64,000 nt of DNA, from positions 1,823-65,822 of the forward strand of contig LCFP01000006.1 in NCBI GenBank assembly GCA_000999095.1, written 5' to 3'. The stretch comes from Candidatus Gottesmanbacteria bacterium GW2011_GWA2_43_14 (GTDB lineage Bacteria > Patescibacteriota > Microgenomatia > 2-02-FULL-39-11). The notes under the pieces are model-generated. The model searched no databases. It was not told the DNA's origin and saw only the letters and a list, made by a program, of their open reading frames with translations. Every line of letters starts with the position of its first letter. The stretch's first letter is position 1. Made by a program: the position numbers and the translations under genes. Shown here one piece after another: positions 1 to 8,938 of this stretch.

Positions 1-1
1 G

Positions 2-784
2 CCATCCAGGGATGAGGAAGTTGATTTTGCCCTAAAAAACCATATTCCCATCCCGGTCGAAACTGACAATCCGTTCAGTTATGACGATAACATCGCCAGC
101 AACGCCATAAATTACGGAGACATTGATGACGTTGCTAAAGAAGTGCCTGAAAGCGCTTTTAAATGGACAAAACCGATTGATAAAGCACCCGGCAAGCCTG
201 AATGGATCGAACTGGCTTATGAAAACGGTCTGCCGGTTAAATTGAACGGAAAAACTGAAAAACTTTCAGAGATATTTATTAAGCTCAATATTCTCGGCGG
301 TCAGCACGGAGTCGGCAGGATTAACATGCTGGAAAACGGGCTTTACGGCAATAAATTCAAATGGGTTTATGAAGCCCCGGCTGCCCAGATTCTCATATAT
401 GCCCATAAGGAGCTGGAAAAGCTGGTATTGCCCAAGGAAACGCTAATATTTAAGCACGAGGTGGTCGATAAGAGATGGACCAGGCTGGTATATCAGGCGC
501 AGGTTTTCAGTCCATTGGCATCGGCTTTGATGGCTTTTACGGAAAAGGTGCAAAAATACGTTTCCGGCAAGATAGTCCTTAAGCTATACAAAGGGAATAT
601 CACTGTCGCTTCCAGAAACTCCGGCTCTTCCCTCGTTAATATTGAAGCCAAAAATCTGAAGCTGGCTCTGCCTTTGGATGAAGTTCCTTACGGCTTTGAG
701 GAATACTCGTTTGCCTTACGTCATCCTGAAGTTTTTGCAATCCATCTGGGGAAGGCTGATTATGAAAATTTCAAAAAATATTAA
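2..784 (+). CDS. argG: argininosuccinate synthase, C-terminal part (5' end lies outside the window)
   Basis: The frame is open from position 2. ArgG-like motifs are present: NPFSYDDNI...GRINMLENGLYGNKF...YEAPAAQIL. It ends 23 nt into the next ORF. Confidence 0.8.
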   Translation, partial: PSRDEEVDFALKNHIPIPVETDNPFSYDDNIASNAINYGDIDDVAKEVPESAFKWTKPIDKAPGKPEWIELAYENGLPVKLNGKTEKLSEIFIKLNILGGQHGVGRINMLENGLYGNKFKWVYEAPAAQILIYAHKELEKLVLPKETLIFKHEVVDKRWTRLVYQAQVFSPLASALMAFTEKVQKYVSGKIVLKLYKGNITVASRNSGSSLVNIEAKNLKLALPLDEVPYGFEEYSFALRHPEVFAIHLGKADYENFKKY

Positions 785-2282
785 TCCCTATTGGAGGGAG
801 GGGGAGAGTAAAGATTTCGGCAGGGAGGCCATCGAGTACGCTGCCGGGCAAGATGTCCTTCTGGACCAGGCTTTTGTCCAGTATGAGTGCCTGGTCAACA
901 TGGCCCATCAGGTCATGCTCAGAAAGCAAAAGATAATCAATCCTGAAATAACTGCTAAATTGTTAAAAGGTTTGAAGCGGATAATGTTTCTCGACCAAGC
1001 CGGCAAGTTTATTCTGATAAAAGAACTGGAAGACGTCCACAGCAACGTCGAACAGTATTTAATCCGGAAATACGGCATAGAGACGGGAGGCTATCTCAGG
1101 TTGGGTATTGCCAGAAATGACCAGGTTTACACCGATACCAGGATGTATATGAGGGATAAAATCCTGGCTATTTCCCTGGAGTTGGTTAAATTGATAGAAG
1201 GTCTCAATAAAGCGGCAGAAGCTAATATTTATACTGTCATGCCGGGCTATACCCATCTGAGGGTATCCCAGCCGTTGACCTTCGGCCATTGGCTCACCGC
1301 TAAAGCATTCCATTTTCTTGATGACTTAAGTAATATTATTAAGTATTTTGATATAGTCAACCAATGCCCGTTGGGCATCTTTGAAATGGCCGGAACTCAT
1401 CTTCCCATAGACAGGAATCTGACGGGCAAATTGCTCGGCTTTAATAAACCTACTCCCCACAGCCTTTATACGGCTGATTTGAGAGGGGAGCTTGAAGCAA
1501 AATTAATTGTCGAATTTGCCTTTTTAGCCTTGCATATCAGGAGAACGATGAATGAAATAATCCTCTTTACAACCAATGAGTTTGAGCTTTTTAAGATCGA
1601 TAATCTTTATACAACCGGAGGAACTGCACAGCCGAACCTGGAAAATCCGGATACTTTGGAAGTAATTAGGGCTAATATGGCCTTATTTCTGCCTTCCGCC
1701 GTACAGCTTTTCATGATGATGGATGTGCTGTCATCCGGCTACAACAGGGATAGCCAGCAGACAAAACCGGTTTTATTCAACACGATCAAGGTAATGGCGG
1801 AAGCCTTGCCTGTATTTACCGGAATAGTAACGACATTAAAGCCTAATAAGAAGCAGATGGAAAAACAAGCCAATCTCAATTTTTCCATAGCTCCATCGGT
1901 AGCCATCCAGCTGTCCGTAAAGGGAGGAATATCCTTTCGTGAAGCCCATCGTGTCGTAAAAACCATGATCAGGGAAGGATTTCTGAAAAAGTCATTTTTG
2001 GAAATGACACCGGGGATTATTTCCGAAGCGGCCAAGGAAGCGATCGGCAAAGATTTAAGAGTAAACGAGACCGATATAGCGGAATTTAAAGAAGCCGGGA
2101 AATGCGTCTTACTGCAGGACAGCTTGGGCGGGCCGGCTCCGCAACAGGTCAGGAAAATGATCAAAGCGATAAATTTGAAAACCAATTCATTCAGCAGGCA
2201 GATTACGGATAAAGAAAAAAGGCTGAAAAAGGCAGAGAATTATTTACTGCAGGAAGTAAACAAGCTGATTATGCTAAACTGA
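762..2282 (+). CDS. argH: argininosuccinate lyase (fumarate lyase family)
   Basis: ATG at 762 (MKISKN...). N-terminal region DVLLDQAFVQYECLVNMAHQVML is typical of ASL. It lies directly downstream of argG and overlaps it. The 678 start in the ORF track would overlap argG by 107 nt. Confidence 0.75.
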   Translation: MKISKNINPYWREGESKDFGREAIEYAAGQDVLLDQAFVQYECLVNMAHQVMLRKQKIINPEITAKLLKGLKRIMFLDQAGKFILIKELEDVHSNVEQYLIRKYGIETGGYLRLGIARNDQVYTDTRMYMRDKILAISLELVKLIEGLNKAAEANIYTVMPGYTHLRVSQPLTFGHWLTAKAFHFLDDLSNIIKYFDIVNQCPLGIFEMAGTHLPIDRNLTGKLLGFNKPTPHSLYTADLRGELEAKLIVEFAFLALHIRRTMNEIILFTTNEFELFKIDNLYTTGGTAQPNLENPDTLEVIRANMALFLPSAVQLFMMMDVLSSGYNRDSQQTKPVLFNTIKVMAEALPVFTGIVTTLKPNKKQMEKQANLNFSIAPSVAIQLSVKGGISFREAHRVVKTMIREGFLKKSFLEMTPGIISEAAKEAIGKDLRVNETDIAEFKEAGKCVLLQDSLGGPAPQQVRKMIKAINLKTNSFSRQITDKEKRLKKAENYLLQEVNKLIMLN

Positions 2283-2292
2283 TCTTAAGTTT

Positions 2293-2922
2293 ATGGCAGC
2301 AAAATTTGTTGATCTTACTTTGACTTTGGACAATAAAACACCGGTTTTTCCCGGTGATCCGCCGGTTATCGTGGAGCCAATCGCCTCGCTGGAAAAAGAC
2401 GGTTGTTCGATCCACAGCTTCAGTTTTCCCGGACACTGTTCGACCCATCTGGATGCACCGGCCCATTTTATTGCCGGTGGCCTGAAAATCGATCAAATAC
2501 CAATGGAATGGCTGGTCGGGGAGGGAATCAAGATCAGTCAGCCCGAAAATACAAAGGTTATTGAACTGTCTGGGGATCTATTCAAAAGCAAGCCGAAAAT
2601 TGTTTTGATTCAGACAAACTATATCAATACTATTCAAAGTAAATCATACTTTACCGACCACCCGTTGCTTTCCGAAAAATCGGCCAAAATTCTGATTGCG
2701 GCCGGAGTGAAAATGGTCGGCATGGACTGGCCGAGTCCTGATAAAGAGCCGTTTAATATCCATAAGATTCTCCTTGCGAAAAACGTTTTGATCCTGGAAA
2801 ACGTCTGCAATCTCGATCTTTTGCCCGCATCAGGCTTCCGCGTCCATGTCCTGCCGTTGAAAAGCCCGACGGACGGTGCCCCGGCAAGAGTAATCGCGGA
2901 AATCATGGGGGAATCACTATGA
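2293..2922 (+). CDS. cyclase-family protein (kynurenine formamidase-like)
   Basis: Carries the FPGHCSTHLDAPAHF metal-binding signature of the putative cyclase/arylformamidase family. ATGA overlap with the next gene. Confidence 0.55.
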   Translation: MAAKFVDLTLTLDNKTPVFPGDPPVIVEPIASLEKDGCSIHSFSFPGHCSTHLDAPAHFIAGGLKIDQIPMEWLVGEGIKISQPENTKVIELSGDLFKSKPKIVLIQTNYINTIQSKSYFTDHPLLSEKSAKILIAAGVKMVGMDWPSPDKEPFNIHKILLAKNVLILENVCNLDLLPASGFRVHVLPLKSPTDGAPARVIAEIMGESL

Positions 2923-5618
2923 AATTTACAATCGATCCGAAGATTTTTGAGAAATATCCCGGGGTGGAGATAGGGGTAATCGTTATCAAAGGCATGGACA
3001 ATTCCGGCCGGGATGAAGGGATATTAAAGCTGTTGCGGATGGAGGAAGCCAACCAGAAAAAGCTGCTGGCAGAGACGGAATTGGGTTCATTGGCGGAAAT
3101 AGCTGCCTGGAGGGAGATTTACCGTTCATTCGGCTCCCACCCCAAAGACGACCGCTCTTCTATTGAAGCTCTTTTGAGGCGGGCAAGAGCCGGGAATAAG
3201 GAAATCCCGCATATCAACAAGCTGGTAGACCTTTATAATTATCTTTCCCTCAAACACCATTTGCCGGCCGGGGCTGAAGATCTAGATAAAATCAAAGGCG
3301 ACATCAGGCTGACTTTTGCTGACGGGTCTGAGGAAGGTAAGACCATCGGATCCGAACAGCCGGAAAAATGCGATGCCGGCGAGGTCTTTTACAGAGACGA
3401 TGAAAGCTTTATCTGCCGCAAGTGGAACTGGCGTGAAGCCGACAGGACCAAGATCGGCAAGGACAGCGGTAATGCGGTTCTGGTTATCGAAAAAGCTCCG
3501 CCTGTTTTCCGGGAAAAGTTAGAGGAGGCTTTGGCGGAAACAGAAGGACTTATAAAAAAGCACCTCAAGGCGGAAACGGAAATTTCCGTTTTGTCAGGGG
3601 ATATACAATCGATGAATCTTGTTTTCATCCCGTCTAAAAAAGAGGCGGTAAAACGGATGAAAGTTCCGCCGGTAAAAATCACCAACCCTCTACTTTCACA
3701 AGCGGAATCTTTCACAGCAGAAATAGTTAAGAACGTACTTTTTTCGGCTGTCAAAAAACTCTATCCTGAAAGCGAGATTAATTACTATGATATAAAACTA
3801 GAACATCCTTCTAATGAAAACTATGGGGACTACTCATCTAATATAGCCATGATTATGGCTTCTAAAATTAAAATCAAGCCTATTAAACTGGCTGAAAACA
3901 TTAGTAGGGAGCTAAATGACTATATAGGAAGAGGTCAATCGATATCATATATATCTCATAGTAAAGAATCTAAAGAGGTTGAATTCATTGTTTCAGATAT
4001 CCTGGAGAATTCAAATGGAGTGGTACCAGGCTTTATCAACCTGAAGCTGGCCGAAAAATTCCTTATCAGTCAAATGGGTGAAGTGCCAGATTCTAAAAAG
4101 AGCGTGAAAACGGTCAAAACAGACCCATTCTCTTACAAATTTCTTACGGGAAAAAAGTTGATTTTTGAATTTACCGACCCCAATCCTTTTAAGGAGTTTC
4201 ATATCGGGCACTTATACAGTAATGCCGTCGGCGAGACGATTGCCAGGACAAGCGAGGAGCTCGGAGCGGATGTCAGACGGGCCAATTATTTCGGGGATGT
4301 CGGGATGCATGTGGCAAAATCGATCTGGGGAATGAAGAAGCTGGACAAAAAAATGGAAGATAAATCCCTGGGGGAAAAAGTCAAATATTTGGGTGAAGCT
4401 TATGCTTTGGGGGCGACCGCTTACGGGGAGGACGATAAAGCCAAAGAAGAAATGACCAGAATAAATTTCCTGGTTTTTATTGCCGCCCAGGAGTATATGC
4501 AGAAGAAGATGAAGTGGATACCTCAGATTGATTACCGCCAGTTTATCCGGCCGGATGAAAAAGAGACAGAGGAAGTCGCCGCTTTGTTTGAAAAAGGCCG
4601 TGAATGGAGTCTGGCCTATTTTGAAAGCATTTATGAGCGGTTGGGAACAAAATTCGACTACTATTATCCGGAATCGATTGTCGGTGAATACGGCATGCAG
4701 ACAGTAAAGGATGCCCTGGAGAAGGGTATATTCGAAAAAAGCGACGGGGCAGTAGTTTTCCATGGTGAAAAATACGGACTGCATACCAGGGTTTTTGTTA
4801 ACGCTTTAGGCCTGCCGACTTATGAGGCCAAAGAACTGGGTTTGGCCCCGACAAAATATAAGGATTTTCAATATGATTTTTCGATGATCATAACGGCCAA
4901 GGAAATCAACGAATACTTCCAGGTGCTTCTCAAAGTACTTTCGTTTCTAAAGCCGGAATTGGCTGCCAAAACCCGGCATCTGGGCCACGGCATAGTCAGA
5001 CTGCCGGAAGGCAAAATGAGCTCGAGGACAGGCAAGATAGTCACCGGGGAAAAGCTTTTGGAGATGGTGAAGGCAAAGCTAAAAGAGCGACTGGATACAA
5101 CCAAATCAGACCAGTACACAAAAGAAGAATCCGAGCTCATTTTGGAGAAAACTGCGGTGGCCGCCGTCAAATACTCCATGCTGAAAGTCGCTCTGCCGGC
5201 AGACCTGGTTTTTGATTTGGAAAAATCGGTTAATTTCGACGGTGACAGCGGGCCATATCTCCAGTATACCTATGCCAGATGCCGGAGCGTTTTGAGAAAA
5301 GCTGAAGAATCAGGCGTCAAAAGAGCATCGGAAGCTCCGGTTGATTTGAATAAGGAAGAGAAGAATCTGCTGAGAACATTCTATAAATTCGAAGAAGCGG
5401 TTTTGGAAGCAGGCAAAAATTTCTCACCGTCAACAATTGCCGGCTACCTTTATGATTTGGCCCAGAAATACAATCTTTTTTACAGTAAACACTCAATACT
5501 CGGCAAGGGGAAGGCCCTACCGGCCACACAATTCCGCATAGCTTTGACACAAACTACTTCAGAAATAGTTAAAAAAGGTCTATGGCTGTTGGGGATTGAG
5601 ACAGTTGAGAAAATGTGA
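2919..5618 (+). CDS. argS: arginine--tRNA ligase with an N-terminal B3/4-like (COG3382-type) domain extension
   Basis: Residues ~250-899 contain the Arg_tRNA_synt_N-like segment (NYGDYSSNIAMIMASKI), HIGH (FHIGHLYSNAVGE), KMSSRTGK and the DALR anticodon-binding motif (GPYLQYTYARCRSVL). Residues 1-240 start MKFTIDPKIFEKYPGVEIGVIV, like stand-alone B3/4 tRNA-binding proteins. Confidence 0.8.
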   Translation: MKFTIDPKIFEKYPGVEIGVIVIKGMDNSGRDEGILKLLRMEEANQKKLLAETELGSLAEIAAWREIYRSFGSHPKDDRSSIEALLRRARAGNKEIPHINKLVDLYNYLSLKHHLPAGAEDLDKIKGDIRLTFADGSEEGKTIGSEQPEKCDAGEVFYRDDESFICRKWNWREADRTKIGKDSGNAVLVIEKAPPVFREKLEEALAETEGLIKKHLKAETEISVLSGDIQSMNLVFIPSKKEAVKRMKVPPVKITNPLLSQAESFTAEIVKNVLFSAVKKLYPESEINYYDIKLEHPSNENYGDYSSNIAMIMASKIKIKPIKLAENISRELNDYIGRGQSISYISHSKESKEVEFIVSDILENSNGVVPGFINLKLAEKFLISQMGEVPDSKKSVKTVKTDPFSYKFLTGKKLIFEFTDPNPFKEFHIGHLYSNAVGETIARTSEELGADVRRANYFGDVGMHVAKSIWGMKKLDKKMEDKSLGEKVKYLGEAYALGATAYGEDDKAKEEMTRINFLVFIAAQEYMQKKMKWIPQIDYRQFIRPDEKETEEVAALFEKGREWSLAYFESIYERLGTKFDYYYPESIVGEYGMQTVKDALEKGIFEKSDGAVVFHGEKYGLHTRVFVNALGLPTYEAKELGLAPTKYKDFQYDFSMIITAKEINEYFQVLLKVLSFLKPELAAKTRHLGHGIVRLPEGKMSSRTGKIVTGEKLLEMVKAKLKERLDTTKSDQYTKEESELILEKTAVAAVKYSMLKVALPADLVFDLEKSVNFDGDSGPYLQYTYARCRSVLRKAEESGVKRASEAPVDLNKEEKNLLRTFYKFEEAVLEAGKNFSPSTIAGYLYDLAQKYNLFYSKHSILGKGKALPATQFRIALTQTTSEIVKKGLWLLGIETVEKM

Positions 5619-5638
5619 CAACATAAGACTGTACTCTC

Positions 5639-6433
5639 ATGAGAAAGTATCTGCCCGTCCTAATATTTTTCATAAATCTACTGCTTCTGGGAAAAATCCA
5701 GGTGGTGGCACAGACACCTCCCAAAACAATCAAGCTGGGCACTTTTTCGCCTCCGCCTACCAGGACGCCTACCAGGACACCGACCAAAACCCCGACCAGG
5801 ACACCTACTTCGGTTGTGCCAACTATTACCGGCCAAATTCCGACTTCCTCTGCCACAGATTCTCCTGAACCCACCAATTCGGATGACGGAGGAGGGAATA
5901 ACGGCGGCGATCCTGCTGACTGCGCCAAAATCGGATTATCGATGTATGTGCCTCAGCCGCGTTTTCTTGAAAGTACGACCCTTTGTGAGCAGGGTACGAT
6001 CTGGCCACCTTACCTGCCTTCGTTTGTGCCTAGCAATCTGACCAATCTTGACAATGCCCTGGGCGGCCAGTTCTGGGTCCGTACGAACAGCATAAAGATA
6101 AAAAGCGGCATCACCGGCAACCTGGCATCTTTTTTGGAATATATGGAGAAGCAGCCGGGCTGTACGGTTTTTGTCGGCTACGGCTACCGTTCTTATGCCG
6201 AGCAGGAAGGTTTGTGGTACGGAAACGATTGCCCGACCAATCCGGGTTGCGGAGTGGCTCCCCCCGGCAAAAGCAGCCACCAGGCGGGAATTGCACTGGA
6301 CCTTTTTTGCGCTGAAATGATAGGATCTGATATAAACTTAAAAGTAGTACCGGCGGCGGCCATTACCAATGCCAAGAATTTTGATTTTATCCATCCCGTT
6401 TCCTGGGATACGCCGCATTTCATAGGATTATAA
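5639..6433 (+). CDS. secreted peptidase M15 (VanY/D-Ala-D-Ala carboxypeptidase-like) with a Pro/Thr linker
   Basis: Signal peptide, TPTRTPTRTPTKTPTRTPT linker, and a C-terminal YAEQEGLW...SSHQAGIALDL motif of the SxHxxGxAxD type found in M15 peptidases. Confidence 0.55.
   Translation: MRKYLPVLIFFINLLLLGKIQVVAQTPPKTIKLGTFSPPPTRTPTRTPTKTPTRTPTSVVPTITGQIPTSSATDSPEPTNSDDGGGNNGGDPADCAKIGLSMYVPQPRFLESTTLCEQGTIWPPYLPSFVPSNLTNLDNALGGQFWVRTNSIKIKSGITGNLASFLEYMEKQPGCTVFVGYGYRSYAEQEGLWYGNDCPTNPGCGVAPPGKSSHQAGIALDLFCAEMIGSDINLKVVPAAAITNAKNFDFIHPVSWDTPHFIGL
5755..5812. repeat. low-complexity Pro/Thr linker-coding repeat
   Basis: Repeated acc/ccg/acg codons encoding (TPTR/K)n. Confidence 0.6.
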
Positions 6434-6434
6434 A

Positions 6435-6755
6435 ATGAGAGAAATAAAAATATATACTTTGTTAGCTATTTTTGCAGTAGTTATGCTTTTGATAGTGTTT
6501 GGTGTTATATTCCTGTCCGGCACAGGTAAAGATGCAGAAAGAATAGAGGAGGCTGAAACTGAAAATGAATTTGTACCGCCACAGGATTTCGAGTACGACG
6601 AGAATTTAATTGAAGATTTTAATAACGCTCCCGTCAAAGTTGAATATGATTACACCCTCTCAAGCGGTGAAAAGATTACCATCCGCATCCCCGAAGGAGT
6701 CGATCCGCCTCCTCAGGCCGCAGTCGAGAAGATGTACAGGGAGAGGAAGGAGTAA
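6435..6755 (+). CDS. small membrane-anchored hypothetical protein
   Basis: The ORF starts 2 nt after the M15 peptidase stop. It has an N-terminal TM helix and an acidic tail. No recognisable domain. Confidence 0.35.
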   Translation: MREIKIYTLLAIFAVVMLLIVFGVIFLSGTGKDAERIEEAETENEFVPPQDFEYDENLIEDFNNAPVKVEYDYTLSSGEKITIRIPEGVDPPPQAAVEKMYRERKE

Positions 6756-6820
6756 AAATTAATATAACAATTTATTGACTCTTTTCTTAATTCGTCTTAA
6801 GCTGGAAATAACACCTGCCC

Positions 6821-7840
6821 ATGAGAGATTTTATTGCCCGGATTTTGATAAGCCGGATTGGCATCATTTTTTTATTGTTTATTCTGGTTCTCAGCCTGTT
6901 TGCCGGATACAGTGTTCTTTCCCGTCAAAAAGCACCGCAGCCTGAATATGTCTGCGGAGGCAAAAACTGTTTTGCCGGCTGCTGCGTCCGCGGCAAATGC
7001 CAGCAAAAAGGCATCAATATTGCCGGTTATACTTGTTTTGGTGAGAATAAGTGGGAAACGCCCGACAAAAAAGGTATTGCCTCCGGCACGCCCTATGCGG
7101 TCATAGATGCGGTCACGGGAAAAAGTTCTGTCCCTGATCCGGATGACCCGGCGACAGTGGTAGCCACAGTAGGGCAGGAGAGAATTTTCCAGAAAGACCT
7201 CGACAGCGAAATCTCGCTTTACCCGCCTCAATACAGTCCTGATATCAGAAAAATCCTGATCGATAAGATCAGTGAAGATTCGACACTTCTGCAGAAGGCA
7301 GCCAAAGAAGGAGATGTGGTTTTGGATGAGACTGTTTTTGATACGGTTGACAAGGATTACAGCAAACGGCTGGAGCTGGTCAAAGAAGTAAAAGGGATTT
7401 TTGATTCCCGCCAGAACAGTCTATCGGGCACAATCATCTCCATCTGGTTTTACAATGAGAAGATAGGGCCTTTGGGTTACGAGAAAGGCAAGCAGTTGGC
7501 CTTCCAGAAAATCGATGCCCTCCAGCGGAATGTCAAAAACGGCAATTTAACTTTGGAAGAAGCTGTTGATATCATAAAAAATGACAGGGAGCTGGAACAG
7601 ATTGACAAATCATACAAATCCAACGCTTCATTCCGTTTCGATGTCAGGGAAGGCCAAAAGATCAGCCTTGATCCCGGTTTTGACAGCCAGTTGTGGCAAC
7701 TGTCCGACGGGGATGTTTCCGATGTTTTTCTGGCCAAGGATATACCCGAGTATGATGCGCCGGCGGTTGATGCAGTCTATATGTTTGCCAGGATCGACCG
7801 TAGGCAAATTGCGGAAACCGTAAAGGAGCAGAATTTATGA
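6821..7840 (+). CDS. cassette copy A1: membrane-anchored protein with N-terminal Cys-rich motif and SurA/PrsA-N-like region
   Basis: TM helix, then CGGKNCFAGCCVRGKCQQKGINIAGYTCFGENKWETP, which is shared with ORF 8939. The downstream segment KILIDKISEDSTLLQKAAKEG resembles the SurA N-terminal chaperone domain (weak match). Confidence 0.45.
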   Translation: MRDFIARILISRIGIIFLLFILVLSLFAGYSVLSRQKAPQPEYVCGGKNCFAGCCVRGKCQQKGINIAGYTCFGENKWETPDKKGIASGTPYAVIDAVTGKSSVPDPDDPATVVATVGQERIFQKDLDSEISLYPPQYSPDIRKILIDKISEDSTLLQKAAKEGDVVLDETVFDTVDKDYSKRLELVKEVKGIFDSRQNSLSGTIISIWFYNEKIGPLGYEKGKQLAFQKIDALQRNVKNGNLTLEEAVDIIKNDRELEQIDKSYKSNASFRFDVREGQKISLDPGFDSQLWQLSDGDVSDVFLAKDIPEYDAPAVDAVYMFARIDRRQIAETVKEQNL

Positions 7841-8898
7841 AAAAAATAATCTTAACAGCAATCTTTTTGGGTGTGTTTTTCATCCCGCAAAAAGCCGAAG
7901 CCTATGCTCCGCCGGTCTTCGGCTACGTCAAAACCAAAACTGGCGCCCCGATTGCCGGAATAGCCATCAAATGGCAGGATGCGGAAAATAATTCCTGGTT
8001 CGTCTTTACCGATAATACGGGATATTTCCGCTACCCGGTTTATAACCTGATCAGTAAAAGTATCCGGAAGGATATGTATAACCACATGATTGATACAGAT
8101 ATGGACAGTCTTTCCGACAGCCGGGAAAACAGTATTTTGCCGGGAGACGACGAAGATAAAACCTATGGAGGATTCGGCTGCAGCACCAATCCGCATAAAA
8201 TCACAGCTGTCATGCCCAAAAGCTGGAAAGGAGCTTTTTCCGTACCACCACCGTTTGAGATGGCTCCCGGAGACGAACTCAACAATTCCATGGCTGAGGC
8301 TAAAGTGGTCGATATAATTTACGATCCTAACGCCATGCCTCCTGTTTCGGTTACTCCGACAGGAGTAAAGCCGCCTGTTTCGGTTACTCCTGCTTCCTCA
8401 TGCAACTGTGAAAGCATGACCGTCACCAATAATTTGAGAGTCGGGGAGTTGATTACGATAAGCACCAAAGCAAATACTCCAGTACCGGATTTAGCCGAAG
8501 TCAGGGAAATGGTTTATCACGTCGAGAAAAACGGAGTGGAAATCCTCAAGTCTTTGCCTTTGAAAGCTGAGGAAATTACCGGTTCATACGGCCGCTATCA
8601 AACATCCTGGAAATACCGGATTCCGACAGGAGCAGAATCACCTGGAGAATACCATGTCCATGCCGACATAATTTGTGCCAAAAAGACGGCTGACAACATA
8701 GATAGCGATAGCCGGCAAAGTCTTTGGTCGGGGATATTGGGTATGTTTTTTCAGCCGAACCCCATCTCTGCCCAGGATTGGACATCCGATGTGACCGTAG
8801 TTGCGCCTTCCGGCGTCAATTCGCTTCAGCTGGGGACTTTTCATCCGGTCGTAAACCTGAAATTGGGCTGTAAAGACATGTATTTTACCATCAGATAA
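7837..8898 (+). CDS. cassette copy B1: secreted protein with a conserved C-terminal domain shared with ORF 10212
   Basis: Signal peptide and ATGA overlap with A1. The C-terminal ~130 aa (MVYHVEKNGVEI...GRYQTSW...LQLGTFHPVVNLKLGCKDMYFTI) is paralogous to the C-terminus of ORF 10212. Confidence 0.5.
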   Translation: MKKIILTAIFLGVFFIPQKAEAYAPPVFGYVKTKTGAPIAGIAIKWQDAENNSWFVFTDNTGYFRYPVYNLISKSIRKDMYNHMIDTDMDSLSDSRENSILPGDDEDKTYGGFGCSTNPHKITAVMPKSWKGAFSVPPPFEMAPGDELNNSMAEAKVVDIIYDPNAMPPVSVTPTGVKPPVSVTPASSCNCESMTVTNNLRVGELITISTKANTPVPDLAEVREMVYHVEKNGVEILKSLPLKAEEITGSYGRYQTSWKYRIPTGAESPGEYHVHADIICAKKTADNIDSDSRQSLWSGILGMFFQPNPISAQDWTSDVTVVAPSGVNSLQLGTFHPVVNLKLGCKDMYFTIR

Positions 8899-8938
8899 GT
8901 ATTGACTGGGAAGCGAATAATTCATAAGCTGAAAATAG

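Noticed and set aside
678-761. Upstream extension of argH to the ORF start at 678
   Set aside because: It would overlap argG by 107 nt. The ATG at 762 gives a canonical MKI... start with only a 23-nt overlap.
3389-5179. Several 100-190-aa minus-strand ORFs (3389-3754, 4212-4784, 4868-5179) inside argS
   Set aside because: These are antisense shadow ORFs within a strongly supported aminoacyl-tRNA synthetase gene. No motifs.
5569-5928. Minus-strand ORF with a VGVLVGVLVGVL repeat
   Set aside because: It is the antisense translation of the Pro/Thr linker codons of the M15 peptidase gene. A low-complexity artefact.
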